Translations under genes and position numbers: made by a program
In this document: positions 42,145 to 55,336 of the stretch, piece after piece
Numbering within the stretch: the stretch's first letter is position 1
Layout of the letters: each line of letters starts with the position of its first letter
The notes under the pieces: generated by a model
What the model was told of the DNA's origin: nothing
The model's database searches: none
What the model saw: the letters and a program-made list of their open reading frames with translations, nothing else
Origin: an uncultured delta proteobacterium
GTDB taxonomy: Bacteria; Myxococcota_A; Polyangia; Polyangiales; B10-G4
DNA: 64,000 nt
Direction of reading: 5' to 3'
NCBI GenBank assembly: GCA_963727445.1
Contig: CAVSGI010000010.1
Coordinates: 1,152,001-1,216,000 of the forward strand

Positions 42145-43347
42145 ATGAGCGACCTCGAAGAGCTCCCCACCGTCGATGGCTTCCGGTTTGCAGGCATCGC
42201 CTGTGGCATCAAGCAGAGCGGCAACCCGGACCTGGGGCTGATCGTGGCCGACGAGGTGGTTCCCGCCGCCGCGCTCTTCACCCGCAACCTGGTGAAGGCC
42301 GCCCCGGTCGTTCTCGCGCAGACGCGCATCGAGCGCGGGCGCGCACGCGCGGTCCTCGCCAACAGCGGAAACGCGAACGCGTGCACCGGCAAGGAGGGCA
42401 TGTCCCTCGCGCGTTCCACCACCGAGGCGATCGCTGACGCGCTCGGCGCAGACGTCGACACCATCATCCCGGCCTCCACGGGCATCATCGGCAGGCGCCT
42501 GCCCGCGGAGCGGATCGAGGGCGCGACCGAGGAGCTCATCGCGGACCTATCCGCAGATGGCGCTGGCCGCTTCGCCAAGGCGATCATGACCACCGATCGC
42601 TGGCCAAAGGTCGCGCATCGCAAGGTCCCCCTCGCGCCGGGGGTGGAAGCGACCATCATGGGCATCGCCAAGGGCGCCGGGATGATCCACCCGGACATGG
42701 CGACCACCCTCTGCTTCGTCGTCACCGACGCGCCGACGCACTCGAGCTTCTTGAACAAGGCGCTCCGTCGGGCGGCGGAGTCGACCTTCAACTCGCTCAG
42801 CGTGGACGGCGAGACCAGCACCAACGACACCATCCTCGCCATGGCCTCGGGCAAGCTCCCGACCTCGCCGATCGGCGGCTCGGACCGCGAAGCCAAGGTC
42901 TTCACCAGCGCGATGGAGGAGATCCTCGACGAGCTCGGCAAGAGCATCGTGCGCGACGGTGAAGGCGCCGAGCACGTGGTGCGCCTCGAGGTGCACGGCG
43001 CGCCGAGCGAGGACGCCGCACGCAAGATCGCGCAGCGGGTCGCGAGCTCGCTCCTCGTCAAGACGGCCATCCACGGCTGCGATCCCAACTGGGGCCGCAT
43101 CCTGAGCGCAGCCGGCATGGCGGGCGTCTCTTTCGACCCCACGAAGGTGGAGATCCGCATCGGCAACGTGGTCATCGCCAAGAAGGGCATGGCGGCGGGC
43201 GGCGACGCGCAGCAGCGCGCGGCCGAGGTCATGCGCGAAGCCGAGTACGTGATCCGCATCAAGCTCGGGCCCGGCACCGCGAAGGCGCACTACACCTTCT
43301 GCGACATCGGCCACGAGTACGTCCGCATCAACGGCGAATACAACTGA
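42145..43347 (+). CDS. argJ: Glutamate N-acetyltransferase / ornithine acetyltransferase
   Basis: NSGNANACTG, AKGAGMIHPDMATTL, VDGETSTND, DGEGA, DPNWGRI, YVRINGEY. Confidence 0.97.
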   Translation: MSDLEELPTVDGFRFAGIACGIKQSGNPDLGLIVADEVVPAAALFTRNLVKAAPVVLAQTRIERGRARAVLANSGNANACTGKEGMSLARSTTEAIADALGADVDTIIPASTGIIGRRLPAERIEGATEELIADLSADGAGRFAKAIMTTDRWPKVAHRKVPLAPGVEATIMGIAKGAGMIHPDMATTLCFVVTDAPTHSSFLNKALRRAAESTFNSLSVDGETSTNDTILAMASGKLPTSPIGGSDREAKVFTSAMEEILDELGKSIVRDGEGAEHVVRLEVHGAPSEDAARKIAQRVASSLLVKTAIHGCDPNWGRILSAAGMAGVSFDPTKVEIRIGNVVIAKKGMAAGGDAQQRAAEVMREAEYVIRIKLGPGTAKAHYTFCDIGHEYVRINGEYN

Positions 43348-43580
43348 GCCGCGAGCGCGGGGTTCCGGTCTCAGTGGATCTCCGGTCGCGTGGCGCGTGA
43401 GCCGGAGCACCAACTGTGCTGGTGCGACGAGTTTTCGTGATCAGCTCAGCCCGCTGATGTGACCCAGGAGCGTCGGGATCCTCGCGCGCGGCCCCACACA
43501 CACGCGGTGCCCGTGGTGCCAGGAAAACCCGGACAACCTCCTGCGAAGGGGCGACTAGGATGATTCTGGGAGAGCTTGGC

Positions 43581-45827
<2,247 letters not shown>

Positions 45828-45888
45828 GAGCGACCGTCACGAAGCGGTGACCATCGACCTTCGACCGGTTTCCATGTAAACACGCGCC

Positions 45889-47274
45889 ATGTGGCAGCGT
45901 GCTCTCGCCCTGGGCTGCGTGCTCGCATTCGCCGGCGCGTGTGGAGACGAAGACGGACTGATCCTGGATACGGGTCCCGTACCCGATTCGACGATCGGGG
46001 ACTCCGGCATGGACGCCCCGATGGACAGCGCGGCGCCGGACTCTTCCATCGCTGACACGTCGCTGGATGCGGTGGCGGACGCAGACGCGGCATCCGACGC
46101 GGCGCCGGACGCGGCGAGCTGCGGAATGCTGCCGGCCTGCGCAAGCGACGAGAGCTGTTGGGGCGAAGGGTGTAGCTGCGTGGTCGCGATCGACGGCGCG
46201 AGCTACCTGCGCGCGGACGGTCAGGTCTACTACTACGCCTCTTCACCGCACAGAGTGGCCGAGACCGCGGCGGGAACACCGCTGACGGGCATCGTCGAGA
46301 TCACGGACGGCTGGCGACACACCTGTGGGCTCGCGGAGGACGGCACGGTGTGGTGCTGGGCGAAGAGCACCGACGGCAACGGCGCCGGACAGCTCGGCGA
46401 CGGCACGATGGGCGGAACGACGACGGCGATGCGGGCCACGCAGGTGCTCACCAGCGCCGGGACGCCGCTCACCGGCATCACCGCGCTCAGCGATCAGAGC
46501 GCCACGCGTTGCTACATCGCGGACACCACCTGCGCGATTCGCGGCTCTGACGGCGCGGTCTTCTGCTGGGGCGGCGACAACTCCGGGGGCGGGGCGGGGA
46601 GCTTCTACACGGAGGGGACCGTCGGCTCCCGCCCCTACGCGACGCCGCTGATGGCGAGCGACGGCGTGCCGTTCGTGGACGTGGAGCAGATCACGCTGGG
46701 TGTGAGGCATGCCTGCGCCATCTCGAGCGACGGCACGCTCCGATGCTGGGGCATGAACGTCACCGGCGCTCTCGGCCTCGGAGACGAGACGCTCCGCCAG
46801 TACCCGACCGAGGTGATGCTCCCCGGTGGAGCGACCGCCGACGAGGTCGGCGCCGGTGCCGACACCACCTGCGTGCGTAGCGGCGACCACGTGTACTGCT
46901 GGGGCGCGTCGACGACCGGCGCGGTGGGCCACGGCGATCCCACCCTCCCCGCGAACCACGACGGCTGCATCAACTTCTGCAGCACCAGCCCCCGGGAGGT
47001 GCTCGTCTCTGCCGCCACGCCGCTCACCAGCGTCGTCGATCTCGAGGTCGCCTACCAGGGTGCCTGCGCTCGCCTCGCCGATCATTCCCTGCGCTGCTGG
47101 GGCGCCGCGATCGACAACGTCGCGACCGATCCCACCATCGGCGGCTCGATGATCGCCAACGTCGCCGCGACCACGACCTGCGGCAGCAGCTCCATCCCCA
47201 CCGACATCCGCTGGGTCGAGCGCGACGGTACGCTGCACGACCCGGCGACGACGATCGATCCCGTCTGTCCCTGA
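45889..47274 (+). CDS. RCC1-repeat beta-propeller lipoprotein
   Basis: Lipobox AGAC; HTCGLAEDGTVWCW...GQLGDG, HACAISSDGTLRCWG, VYCWG. Confidence 0.88.
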   Translation: MWQRALALGCVLAFAGACGDEDGLILDTGPVPDSTIGDSGMDAPMDSAAPDSSIADTSLDAVADADAASDAAPDAASCGMLPACASDESCWGEGCSCVVAIDGASYLRADGQVYYYASSPHRVAETAAGTPLTGIVEITDGWRHTCGLAEDGTVWCWAKSTDGNGAGQLGDGTMGGTTTAMRATQVLTSAGTPLTGITALSDQSATRCYIADTTCAIRGSDGAVFCWGGDNSGGGAGSFYTEGTVGSRPYATPLMASDGVPFVDVEQITLGVRHACAISSDGTLRCWGMNVTGALGLGDETLRQYPTEVMLPGGATADEVGAGADTTCVRSGDHVYCWGASTTGAVGHGDPTLPANHDGCINFCSTSPREVLVSAATPLTSVVDLEVAYQGACARLADHSLRCWGAAIDNVATDPTIGGSMIANVAATTTCGSSSIPTDIRWVERDGTLHDPATTIDPVCP

Positions 47275-47364
47275 GCAGACGAGCCAGCGGCGAGCGCTTC
47301 TCGAAGAGTAGGCCGACCGAGTCCAGCGTTGCTTTCGCCACGGAAGGGGCGCAGTGTCCGCGCC

Positions 47365-47898
47365 ATGGCATTCGACGAATACATCGCGGGGGGTTCGCTG
47401 GACGCGGATCTGAAGCATATGCTCGACGGGCAGACGCTGAAGGCCACGAGTGCCACCGCGCCTCCCGATGCCTTCATGGCGTCGCTCCCGAAGCCAGCCG
47501 CAGAGGCGCTGCGCGCCCTGACCGCACGTCTGTCCGCGGGCACCTTCCCCGAGCTTCGAGACTTCGACCCGGCGTGGGGAGCGGACACGAGCGTTTGGCC
47601 CAACGTCGACCCGGACGCTTTCTGTCTGGCAAACGATGGCGCGGGCAACTACTGGCTCTTGTGTGCTGACGGCTCGGTGCAGTCGTGGTGTCACGACGAA
47701 GGCGGCATCATGGAGGACCACACGGTCTTTCAGAGCCTCGATGAAGCCATCGCTTGTTTCGTGCGAGCCACCGCGGTGATGGAAGAAGAGGTATCACTCG
47801 ACGAGGTGCGCGACGACTTCGAGGAAGCGTCGTCGGAGTCGAGCCCCGGATGGGAGTGGATGCTCGAGAATCTCGAGGAGCTCGTCGAGGACCTCTGA
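47365..47898 (+). CDS. SMI1/KNR4 (SUKH)-like protein
   Basis: LANDGAGNYWLL...VQSWCHDE...FQSLDE; acidic. Confidence 0.6.
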   Translation: MAFDEYIAGGSLDADLKHMLDGQTLKATSATAPPDAFMASLPKPAAEALRALTARLSAGTFPELRDFDPAWGADTSVWPNVDPDAFCLANDGAGNYWLLCADGSVQSWCHDEGGIMEDHTVFQSLDEAIACFVRATAVMEEEVSLDEVRDDFEEASSESSPGWEWMLENLEELVEDL

Positions 47899-47910
47899 GA
47901 GGCCGCCCCG

Positions 47911-48996
47911 TCAGTCGGGACGCAGGGCGCGGAAAGTTCGGAGGAAGTTGTCGCCGAGGATCTTCTGGATGCGATCCGAGGACCAACCCTCTTCCAACAT
48001 GTATTGAACCAGGCGGGCGAAGGCCAGGGCGCCGTCGCGCAGATCAGCGGGGGGCGTGATGAAGCCGTCGTAGTCGCTGCCGAGCGCGACGTAGTCGTCG
48101 CCAACGGTGTCGATCACGTGCCGGATGTGCTCGATGACCATGCGCCCATCCTTGGGCCCGCCCGGTCGCTTCAGAAACTGGTCGGCGAAGATGATGCCGA
48201 CCGCACCGTCGGTGTCGGCCACCGCCGCGAGCTGCTCGTCGTTCAGGTTGCGCCACATGGGTCGAACCCCGTCGACGCCGGTGTGGGTGACGAGGAGCGG
48301 CTGGTCGGTGTCGTGAACCTCCACCGCATCCCAGAAGCCCTGCTCGCTGATGTGCGCCAGGTCGACGAAGATGCGGCCCTCGTTGAGCTGCTCGACGAAG
48401 CGCCGCCCCATGTCGGTCAGACCCCAATCCTTCGACGTGAACGACGCCGGGCTCGAGGTGCCGCCGTAGCAGCTGTTGGAGAGGTGAACGACGGTGACCC
48501 GGGTAAGCAGGCGGTCGGGGATCGCCAGCGGCCCGTCGGGCGCGGCCTCGAAGGCGTTGCCCCCCTGCACGCTCAATAGAACCCCGTGGGCACCTTGCGC
48601 TCGGGCCGCGCGATACTCGGCGTGGCTCCGCACGATGCGGAGCGCGCCCCCGGTCGCGTCGACGCGCTCTTTCAGGTGCGCGAGGTTGTCCTTCACCGCC
48701 GCGAGACGCCCCTTCTTGCCGCGCAGGATGTTGGTGGCGACGCTCCACATCCCGCCGGTGAGGCCTCCGTCGACGGCGCGGGGGAAGTCGAGATGGCCGA
48801 AGAAGCGACCCCCCGAAGGTCCGGTCCCGTGGCGCTTCGCGAGGTCGTAACCCCAGAGCCGCGGCGGGATGTAGGACTCGATGTGGAGATCGATGACCTC
48901 GGAGCTCCTCAGAAGCTGCACGGCCTCCAGCGACACGCCGGCTCGCTTCGCGAGCGCGTCGTCGGGGGTTCGCTCGGTGGGGAAGGCCTCGGACAT
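47911..48996 (-). CDS. Membrane dipeptidase (peptidase M19) family
   Basis: IDLH, GLTDMGR, VDLAH, THTG, RNLNDEQ, LGSDYDG, KILGDNFLR. Confidence 0.9.
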   Translation of the reverse strand: MSEAFPTERTPDDALAKRAGVSLEAVQLLRSSEVIDLHIESYIPPRLWGYDLAKRHGTGPSGGRFFGHLDFPRAVDGGLTGGMWSVATNILRGKKGRLAAVKDNLAHLKERVDATGGALRIVRSHAEYRAARAQGAHGVLLSVQGGNAFEAAPDGPLAIPDRLLTRVTVVHLSNSCYGGTSSPASFTSKDWGLTDMGRRFVEQLNEGRIFVDLAHISEQGFWDAVEVHDTDQPLLVTHTGVDGVRPMWRNLNDEQLAAVADTDGAVGIIFADQFLKRPGGPKDGRMVIEHIRHVIDTVGDDYVALGSDYDGFITPPADLRDGALAFARLVQYMLEEGWSSDRIQKILGDNFLRTFRALRPD

Positions 48997-49057
48997 CGCC
49001 CTCCATATAGCAGCAGAAGCGGGTGTCGCCTCCCTCGACCTGCTAGCTTTGTGCTCG

Positions 49058-50308
49058 GTGCGGGCAATCTCTCGACTTTCCCTCTCGGCGCTTCTCGTGG
49101 TGGCTGCCGGCTGCGCGGACGACGCTTTCGTGGAGCTGGACAGCGGAACCTTCGACGCCGCGATGGACGGCGCGCCGGGAGACGCCGCTCCCGACACCCG
49201 GCCGGTGCTCGACTCCGGCACCCCGCCCGAGGACGTCGACGGGTTCATCGAATACCAGATGGCGGTGGGCGGCATCCCGGGCCTCGCCGCCAGCATCGTG
49301 ACGCCCGAGGGGATCGTCTGGAGCGGCTACTACGGCTACGCCGACATCGAGACCGAGCGACTCGTCGACGAGTCGACCCTCTTCATCGTGGCCTCGGTGA
49401 GCAAGACCGTCACGACCCTCGGGATGATGCAGCTCGTCGACGAGGGGCTCCTCGACCTCGACGCAGCCGCCGACGACTACCTGCCCTACGCCTTGCGCAA
49501 TCCCGACTATGCGGCGGCCGACGTCACCACCCGCATGCTCCTGACGCACACCAGCGGGCTCTTCGACGACTTCGTCACCCTCGCCGAGGTCACTTACACC
49601 GGCGACCCCACCGTCTCCCTCGGCGCCTTCGCCGAGGGCTACGTGACGCCCGGCGGCGAGTTCTACACGGACAACAACTGGGCCACGCGACCGGGCTCCA
49701 GCTACGCGTACTGCAACGCGGGCTTCGGCGTGGTCGGCCACGTGATCGAGTCGGTGCGCGGCGAGGATTTCCGCGACGCGATCCAGACGCGCATCTTCGA
49801 CCCGCTGGGCATGACGGAGAGCGGATGGTTCCTGTCGGAGGTGAGCCTCGACACGCTGGCGTCGATCTACACCTGGGACGGCCGGACCAACACCGCCCTG
49901 CCCCAGAACGGCTTCGCCTATTACCCGGCGTCGTCCCTGCGCACCAGCGTCCCCGAGCTCTCGCGCTTCCTGACAGCGACCATCCGCGACGGCGAGCTGG
50001 ACGGCGTGCGCGTGCTGTCCGCGGAGCTCGCTCAGGCGATGCGCGAGCCGCAGCGCCTCGACATCAACCCGAATCAGACCATCACCTGGCGCTTCCGCCA
50101 GATCGGCGGCGAGCGCTGGCTCGCCCACACCGGCTCCACCTACGGCGCGAGCGCGATCATCGCGTATCGGCCACAGGAGCCCATCGGGATGATCGTCCTG
50201 ACGAACTCCGACGCCTACGTCCGCGGCAGGCTCGGTGTGACCGGAAGCCAGGACGCGCTCGAGGCGATCCACGATCGGATCGCTGAAGAATCGATGCTCT
50301 ATCGATAG
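49058..50308 (+). CDS. Serine hydrolase (beta-lactamase class C / PBP-like) lipoprotein
   Basis: Lipobox AAGC; SVSK, LLTHTSGL, YCN, HTG. Confidence 0.9.
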   Translation: MRAISRLSLSALLVVAAGCADDAFVELDSGTFDAAMDGAPGDAAPDTRPVLDSGTPPEDVDGFIEYQMAVGGIPGLAASIVTPEGIVWSGYYGYADIETERLVDESTLFIVASVSKTVTTLGMMQLVDEGLLDLDAAADDYLPYALRNPDYAAADVTTRMLLTHTSGLFDDFVTLAEVTYTGDPTVSLGAFAEGYVTPGGEFYTDNNWATRPGSSYAYCNAGFGVVGHVIESVRGEDFRDAIQTRIFDPLGMTESGWFLSEVSLDTLASIYTWDGRTNTALPQNGFAYYPASSLRTSVPELSRFLTATIRDGELDGVRVLSAELAQAMREPQRLDINPNQTITWRFRQIGGERWLAHTGSTYGASAIIAYRPQEPIGMIVLTNSDAYVRGRLGVTGSQDALEAIHDRIAEESMLYR

Positions 50309-50415
50309 ATAGGGGAACGCCCGGCCGCTGGGAGGAGTGCGACCGGGCGTTCGGTGGTTGCCGCTATCCGGTGAGGCGATGGGCCGCCTCACCTGCGAGC
50401 TGGCGGGACTTTGCT

Positions 50416-51072
50416 TCAGTTGCTGCGGGGACCGGCGGTCTCGCCGACGCCCGCGCCAGGGCCAGGGCCGTGACCGCGACCGTTGTCACCGGCCGCCGCG
50501 CCGCGATGGCCGCGCTGGTTCGCCGGAGGACCGGCGTAGTGATGTCCGAAGCCGCGGGGCGTCTCCATGTCGGTCGGCCGGCGAGGCTCACGGGTGCTGT
50601 TGTAGAGGTAGCGGGACGAACGCGAGCCGGGGGTCACGGCCGAGCCGCTTCCGCCTTCGCCACCGCCGCGCGCCGTCGCGCGCGCGCTTCGGAGCTCGGC
50701 GAGCTTCGCCTTCTGCGCATCGGTGAGCACGGCCATGAGGGCCTCCTTCACCGAGGCGCGCTGAGCGCGCATCGCCTCGCGGCGAGCTTCCGGGCTGAGC
50801 TGGCTGAAGCTCTCGCGAGCCTCGGTCCGCTGAGCGCGCGCGTCGGCGAGGATCTGTCGCATCTGCGCCTTCTGGGCGTCGGTGAGCTCGAGGCGACCGG
50901 CCATTCGCATCAGGCCGCGACCCGCGCGACCGTGGTGGCCGGCGCGCGCCGGCGCAGAGGTGGAAGCGTCGCCCGCGCCACCGTCGTTCGGCCCGGGCCA
51001 GGCCATGGCGGTCCCGGCGCTGCCGACGGCGAGGATCGACGCGAGTGCGAGGGGCTTGAGCAGGTTCTTCAT
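50416..51072 (-). CDS. Spy/CpxP (LTXXQ) periplasmic chaperone
   Basis: AAGGAG RBS; signal peptide; LELTDAQK and VLTDAQK. Confidence 0.85.
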   Translation of the reverse strand: MKNLLKPLALASILAVGSAGTAMAWPGPNDGGAGDASTSAPARAGHHGRAGRGLMRMAGRLELTDAQKAQMRQILADARAQRTEARESFSQLSPEARREAMRAQRASVKEALMAVLTDAQKAKLAELRSARATARGGGEGGSGSAVTPGSRSSRYLYNSTREPRRPTDMETPRGFGHHYAGPPANQRGHRGAAAGDNGRGHGPGPGAGVGETAGPRSN

Positions 51073-51119
51073 GGCTATCTCCTTCTTCGTCTCTTCGGGG
51101 CTCATCGCCCCACATGAGC

Positions 51120-51146
51120 TCAGACGGGGTCAGGCTTACGAAGTCC
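51120..51146 (-). promoter_or_regulatory. RpoE/ECF-type promoter GGACTT-N16-TCTGA
   Basis: One mismatch to the GAACTT-N16-TCTGA sigmaE consensus, ~50 bp upstream of the Spy/CpxP gene. Confidence 0.5.
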
Positions 51147-51187
51147 TGAAGGCCCGAAATCCCTCGAATCCGGGACGCTCGGACTGG

Positions 51188-51204
51188 CCGGCGCGCCATT
51201 TGCG
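51188..51204 (+). promoter_or_regulatory. Sigma54-like promoter CCGGCGCG-CCAT-TTGCG
   Basis: GG-N10-GC with TTGC, ~30 bp upstream of hpf. Confidence 0.4.
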
Positions 51205-51235
51205 CTTATATATCGAGGCGAAAGAGAGCTGACCT

Positions 51236-51565
51236 ATGCAGGTTCCTTTGCAGATCACGTTCAGAAACATGGAGCCGTCGGAAGCGGTGAAGACGGCCAT
51301 CGAAAAGAAGGCCACCAAGCTCGAGGACTTCCACGAGCACATCACCAGCTGTCACGTGATCGTGGAGACGCCCCACCGGCATCACCATCAGGGGCGCGTC
51401 CACCACGTGAAAGTGCACCTCGCCCTGCCCGGCCACGACATCAACATCGACCACGACGCCGAGCACGGGGAGCACGAGGACGTCTACGTCTCGATCCGCG
51501 ACGCCTTCGAGGCAGCAATCCGGCAGCTCAAGACCTTCACCGCGAAACGCGCCGAGCACCGCTGA
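51236..51565 (+). CDS. hpf: HPF/RaiA family ribosome-associated protein
   Basis: LQITFRNMEPSEA...DVYVSIRDAFEAAIRQL. Confidence 0.85.
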   Translation: MQVPLQITFRNMEPSEAVKTAIEKKATKLEDFHEHITSCHVIVETPHRHHHQGRVHHVKVHLALPGHDINIDHDAEHGEHEDVYVSIRDAFEAAIRQLKTFTAKRAEHR

Positions 51566-51580
51566 CGTCGAGCGTCCGCG

Positions 51581-54383
51581 TCAGTTGGCGACGACGTTCA
51601 CCAGGCGGCCGGGCACCACGACGACCTTGCGGACCGTCTTGCCTTCGATGAGCTCGGCGATGCGCGGGTCGGCGAGGGCGGCCTTCTCGAGGTCGTCCTT
51701 GCTGGCGTCGGCGGCTACGACGATGCGGCTGCGCACCTTGCCCATCACCTGAACCGGGATCTCGACGGTGTCGTCGACGAGCATCGACGCGTCCCAGCTC
51801 GGCCACGTGGTGTCGCAGACGAAGCCTCGCTGTCCGATGCGCGCCCACAGCTCCTCGGCGACGTGGGGCGCGAAGGGCGACAGGATCTTGGCGAAGCGCT
51901 CGGCCTGCTCCCGGGTGAGCCCGCCCTTCTGCTGGGCGAGGTTGGTGAGCTCGATCATCTTGGCGATCGCGGTGTTGAAGCTCAGGCGCTCGACGTCGTC
52001 GGTGACGCCGGCGATGGTGCGGTGGAGGAGCTTTTCGACCTCCTCGTTCGCTTGCCCCGCGAGGGTCGCCTCGCCGCTCTCCTCATCGACGACCAGCCGG
52101 AAGGCGCGCCCGAGGAAGCGATACATCCCGAGGATGTCCTGGGTGTTCCAGGGCTTCGAGGTCTCGAGCGGTCCCATGTACATCTCGTAGAGGCGGAAGG
52201 TGTCGGCGCCGTAGTCGCGGATCACGTCGTCGGGGTTGGTGACGTTCTTCAGCGACTTGCTCATCTTGGCGACGATGCGGGTGACCTCGCCGCCGCCCTT
52301 CTCGACCCACTTCGGCTCCTCGTCGGTGCCGACGTTCTCCGCTTGATCGATGGCGACCAGCGACTTGTCCGGCCGCTGGAAGGCGTGGCTGAGGATCATC
52401 CCCTGGTGGAAGAGCTTGTGGAAGGGCTCGTCGCTCCGAATCACGCCGTGATCGAAGAGCACCTTGTGCCAGAAGCGCGCGTAGAGCAGGTGCAACACGG
52501 CGTGCTCGGCGCCCCCGACGTAGAGGTCGACGCCGCGCTCGCCCATCCAGTAGGCGTCGGCCGCGTCACCGATGAGCGCGTCCTGGTTCTTCGGATCGCA
52601 GAAGCGCAGGTAGTACCACTGCGAGCCCGCCCATCCGGGCATGGTGTTCGTCTCACGACGGACCCTGGCATCCGCCGGTAGCCCGGGAACGTTCGCCTCG
52701 CCAGCGGTGGTCTCGACCCACTGAGTCGCCTTCGCGAGGAGCGGCTGCGGATCGTCGCTCTCGACCGGCGCGTAGTCGGCGAGTGGCGGCAGGGTGAGCG
52801 GGAGCGCGTCCTTGGAGATGGCGTGGTGATGGCCGTCCTCGTCCCAGACGATGGGGAAGGGCTCACCCCAGTAGCGCTGTCGGCTGAAGAGCCAATCGCG
52901 CAGCTTGTAGTTCACCTGGCCGTGGCCGAGGTTCTTCTTCTCGAGCCACTCGATGATCGTCTTCTTGGCCTCCGCGACGCCCAGACCGTTCAGCGAGACC
53001 TCGTCGTTGGCCGAATTGAGCGCCACACCGTCGCCGGCGTAGCACTCCGTGAGCGGGCCCCCGTCCGGCGTGCTGATCACCTGCACGATGGGCAGCTCGA
53101 ACTTGGTGGCGAACTCCCAGTCGCGCTCGTCGTGGCCGGGGACCGCCATGATGGCGCCGGTCCCGTAGGTGATCAGGACGTAGTCGGCGACCCAGATGGG
53201 GATCTTCAGGCCGTTGACCGGGTTGATGGCGTAGTGGCCGGTGAAGACGCCGGTCTTTTCCTTCGATTGCTGGCGCTCGAGGTCGCTCTTGTTCTTGGCC
53301 TCGTCGACGTAGGCCTTCACCTTCGGGTCGGCGGCGCCCTGAACGAGAGGATGCTCGGGCGCGACCACCATGTAGGTGGCGCCGAAGAGGGTGTCGGGGC
53401 GGGTGGTGTAGATGCGCAAGCGATCGATGTCGCCCACCGGCTCGGTGAGCATGAAGTCGCATTCGGCGCCCTCGCTCCGCCCGATCCAGTCGGTCTGCTT
53501 GATCTTGGTCGACGAGGGCCAGTCGAGGTCCTCGAGCCCCGAGAGGAGCCGATCGCCATAGGCGGTGATGCGGAAGAGCCACTGCTCGAGGGGCTTGCGA
53601 AAGACCGGGAAGCCGCCGCGCTCGCTCCGGCCGTCGATGACCTCTTCGTTGGCGAGGGCGGTGCCGAGCTTCGGGCACCAGTTCACCGTCGACTCGGTCA
53701 CGTAGGCGAGGCGATAGCTGTCGATGATCGTGCGCTTGTCCGCTTCGGAGAGCGATGACCACGCGCCGAAGTCGCGGGCCTTCGCCTGGGCGTCGTGCTC
53801 GGCGGCCTGGGGATTGATGCGCGCCGGGCGCTTGCCCGACTCGAGCTCCGCGACGAGCGCCTCGATGGGACGCGCCTTCTGCGCGTCGGTGTCGAAGTAG
53901 GACTCGTAGATCTGTGACGAAGATCCACTGTGTCCAGCGGTAGTAGTCCGGGTCGATGGTGCCGAGCTCGCGGCTCCAGTCGTAGGAGAAGCCGAAGCGC
54001 TGGAGCTGGCGGCGGAAGTTGTCGATGGACTTCTTGGTGGTCTGTGCGGGATGGACGCCGGTCTTGATGGCGTACTGCTCGGCGGGCAGGCCGAAGGCGT
54101 CCCAGCCCATCGGGTGAAGGACGTTGAATCCGCGCATCCGCTTGAAGCGCGAGAGGATGTCGGTGGCGGTGTAGCCCTCGGGGTGGCCGACGTGCAGGCC
54201 CGCGCCCGAGGGATAGGGGAACATGTCGAGGCAGTAGAAGCGGGGCTTGTCGGGGTCGAAGCCCTCCTGGCCGGGGTTGGGCTGCCGAAACGTCTCCGCC
54301 TCGGCCCACTTCTTCTGCCACTTCTGCTCGATCTGGTCTGCCAGCGCCGCGTCGTAGCGGTGGGGCTTGTCGTCGTCCGCCAT
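51581..54383 (-). CDS. leuS: Leucine--tRNA ligase; +1 frameshift near 53915 (likely assembly error)
   Basis: [24 protein letters not shown] in one frame; [29 protein letters not shown] in the next. Confidence 0.96.
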
Positions 54384-54413
54384 GGTCGACGCAATGTAGC
54401 CGATCTAAAGGGC

Positions 54414-55304
54414 TCAGAAGAGGGTGCAGTACTCGGCCGCGGTGAATTCGTTGATGGCGGTAGCCATGTCGAGGGTGCCGGCGCGGACGTCTCGGATGGA
54501 CCAGACGGCGCCGCCGGTGGCGTCGGGGATGCTCTCTGCGCCGTTGTACGGTTCGTGAAAGCCCTGGCCGACGTTGGCGCTGGTGCCCGCGCCGCAGAAC
54601 TCGCCCATGCCTGGGGCGGCGAAGGCGCCGACGCGCACCTCGGCGGCGACGAGCGCGTCCACCGTCTCGAGGTAGGTGTGCTGTACCCGGATGCCGCCGA
54701 TGCCCGCGAAGCCGCTGAGGGTCAGAGGCGACTCGACGAAGGTGTCGTCGGTGACGTGGATGGCGATGTGGGTGGCGCCCGCGCGCCAGGGGCAGGCGGC
54801 GGCCGCCGTGTAGAGCGCGTCGAGGGAGTTCTCCGGACAGTCGGTGTTCCCGTCGGTGCCGCCCGCGGGCTCGCCATTGGTGGTGGTGAACTCGCGCCAG
54901 GTGACGAACTCCGCCTGCATCGTCGCGAGGTCGGCGAAGGGCGCGCAGCCGTTCACCGCGACCACGTCGTCGACGAAGACCACCAGCGAGAACTGGGTAT
55001 CGGAGGTGAGCGCTTCGGCCGCCGCCCAGATGCGGTCCATGCCTCCACGCACCTGATCGATCTCGTCGGCCATCGAGGTGGAGACGTCGATCACGAAGAC
55101 CACGTCGAGAGCGTCGACGCAGTCCGGGGCGTCCGCGGGCGGGGGCCGCGCGTCCGCCGGCACACGCGAATCGATCGATCCGTCCGCTCCGCCGTCGGTC
55201 GCTCCGTCCCCGGCAATGCCCGAGTCGCGGGGAAGACGGCCGTCGCCCGAGGAACAGGCGGCGAGCGCCAGAAGAACGAAGGCCAACGAACGCATCCCCT
55301 TCAT
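54414..55304 (-). CDS. VWA-domain lipoprotein
   Basis: Lipobox LAAC; DVVFVIDVSTSM, DCPENSLDAL, VTDD. Confidence 0.85.
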   Translation of the reverse strand: MKGMRSLAFVLLALAACSSGDGRLPRDSGIAGDGATDGGADGSIDSRVPADARPPPADAPDCVDALDVVFVIDVSTSMADEIDQVRGGMDRIWAAAEALTSDTQFSLVVFVDDVVAVNGCAPFADLATMQAEFVTWREFTTTNGEPAGGTDGNTDCPENSLDALYTAAAACPWRAGATHIAIHVTDDTFVESPLTLSGFAGIGGIRVQHTYLETVDALVAAEVRVGAFAAPGMGEFCGAGTSANVGQGFHEPYNGAESIPDATGGAVWSIRDVRAGTLDMATAINEFTAAEYCTLF

Positions 55305-55336
55305 GGTGACGCGAATCGCGACGCGCCGGAAGGGTC

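Noticed and set aside
43348..43580. Riboswitch in the argJ-TSP3 intergenic region
   Set aside because: Only a short hairpin (GCACCA/TGGTGC); no aptamer consensus recognised
49058..50308. Antibiotic-resistance beta-lactamase
   Set aside because: Motifs show only the broad serine hydrolase family; no mobile context
51581..54383. leuS pseudogene, split LeuRS or programmed frameshift
   Set aside because: One extra base with no slippery site; five similar indels elsewhere point to assembly error
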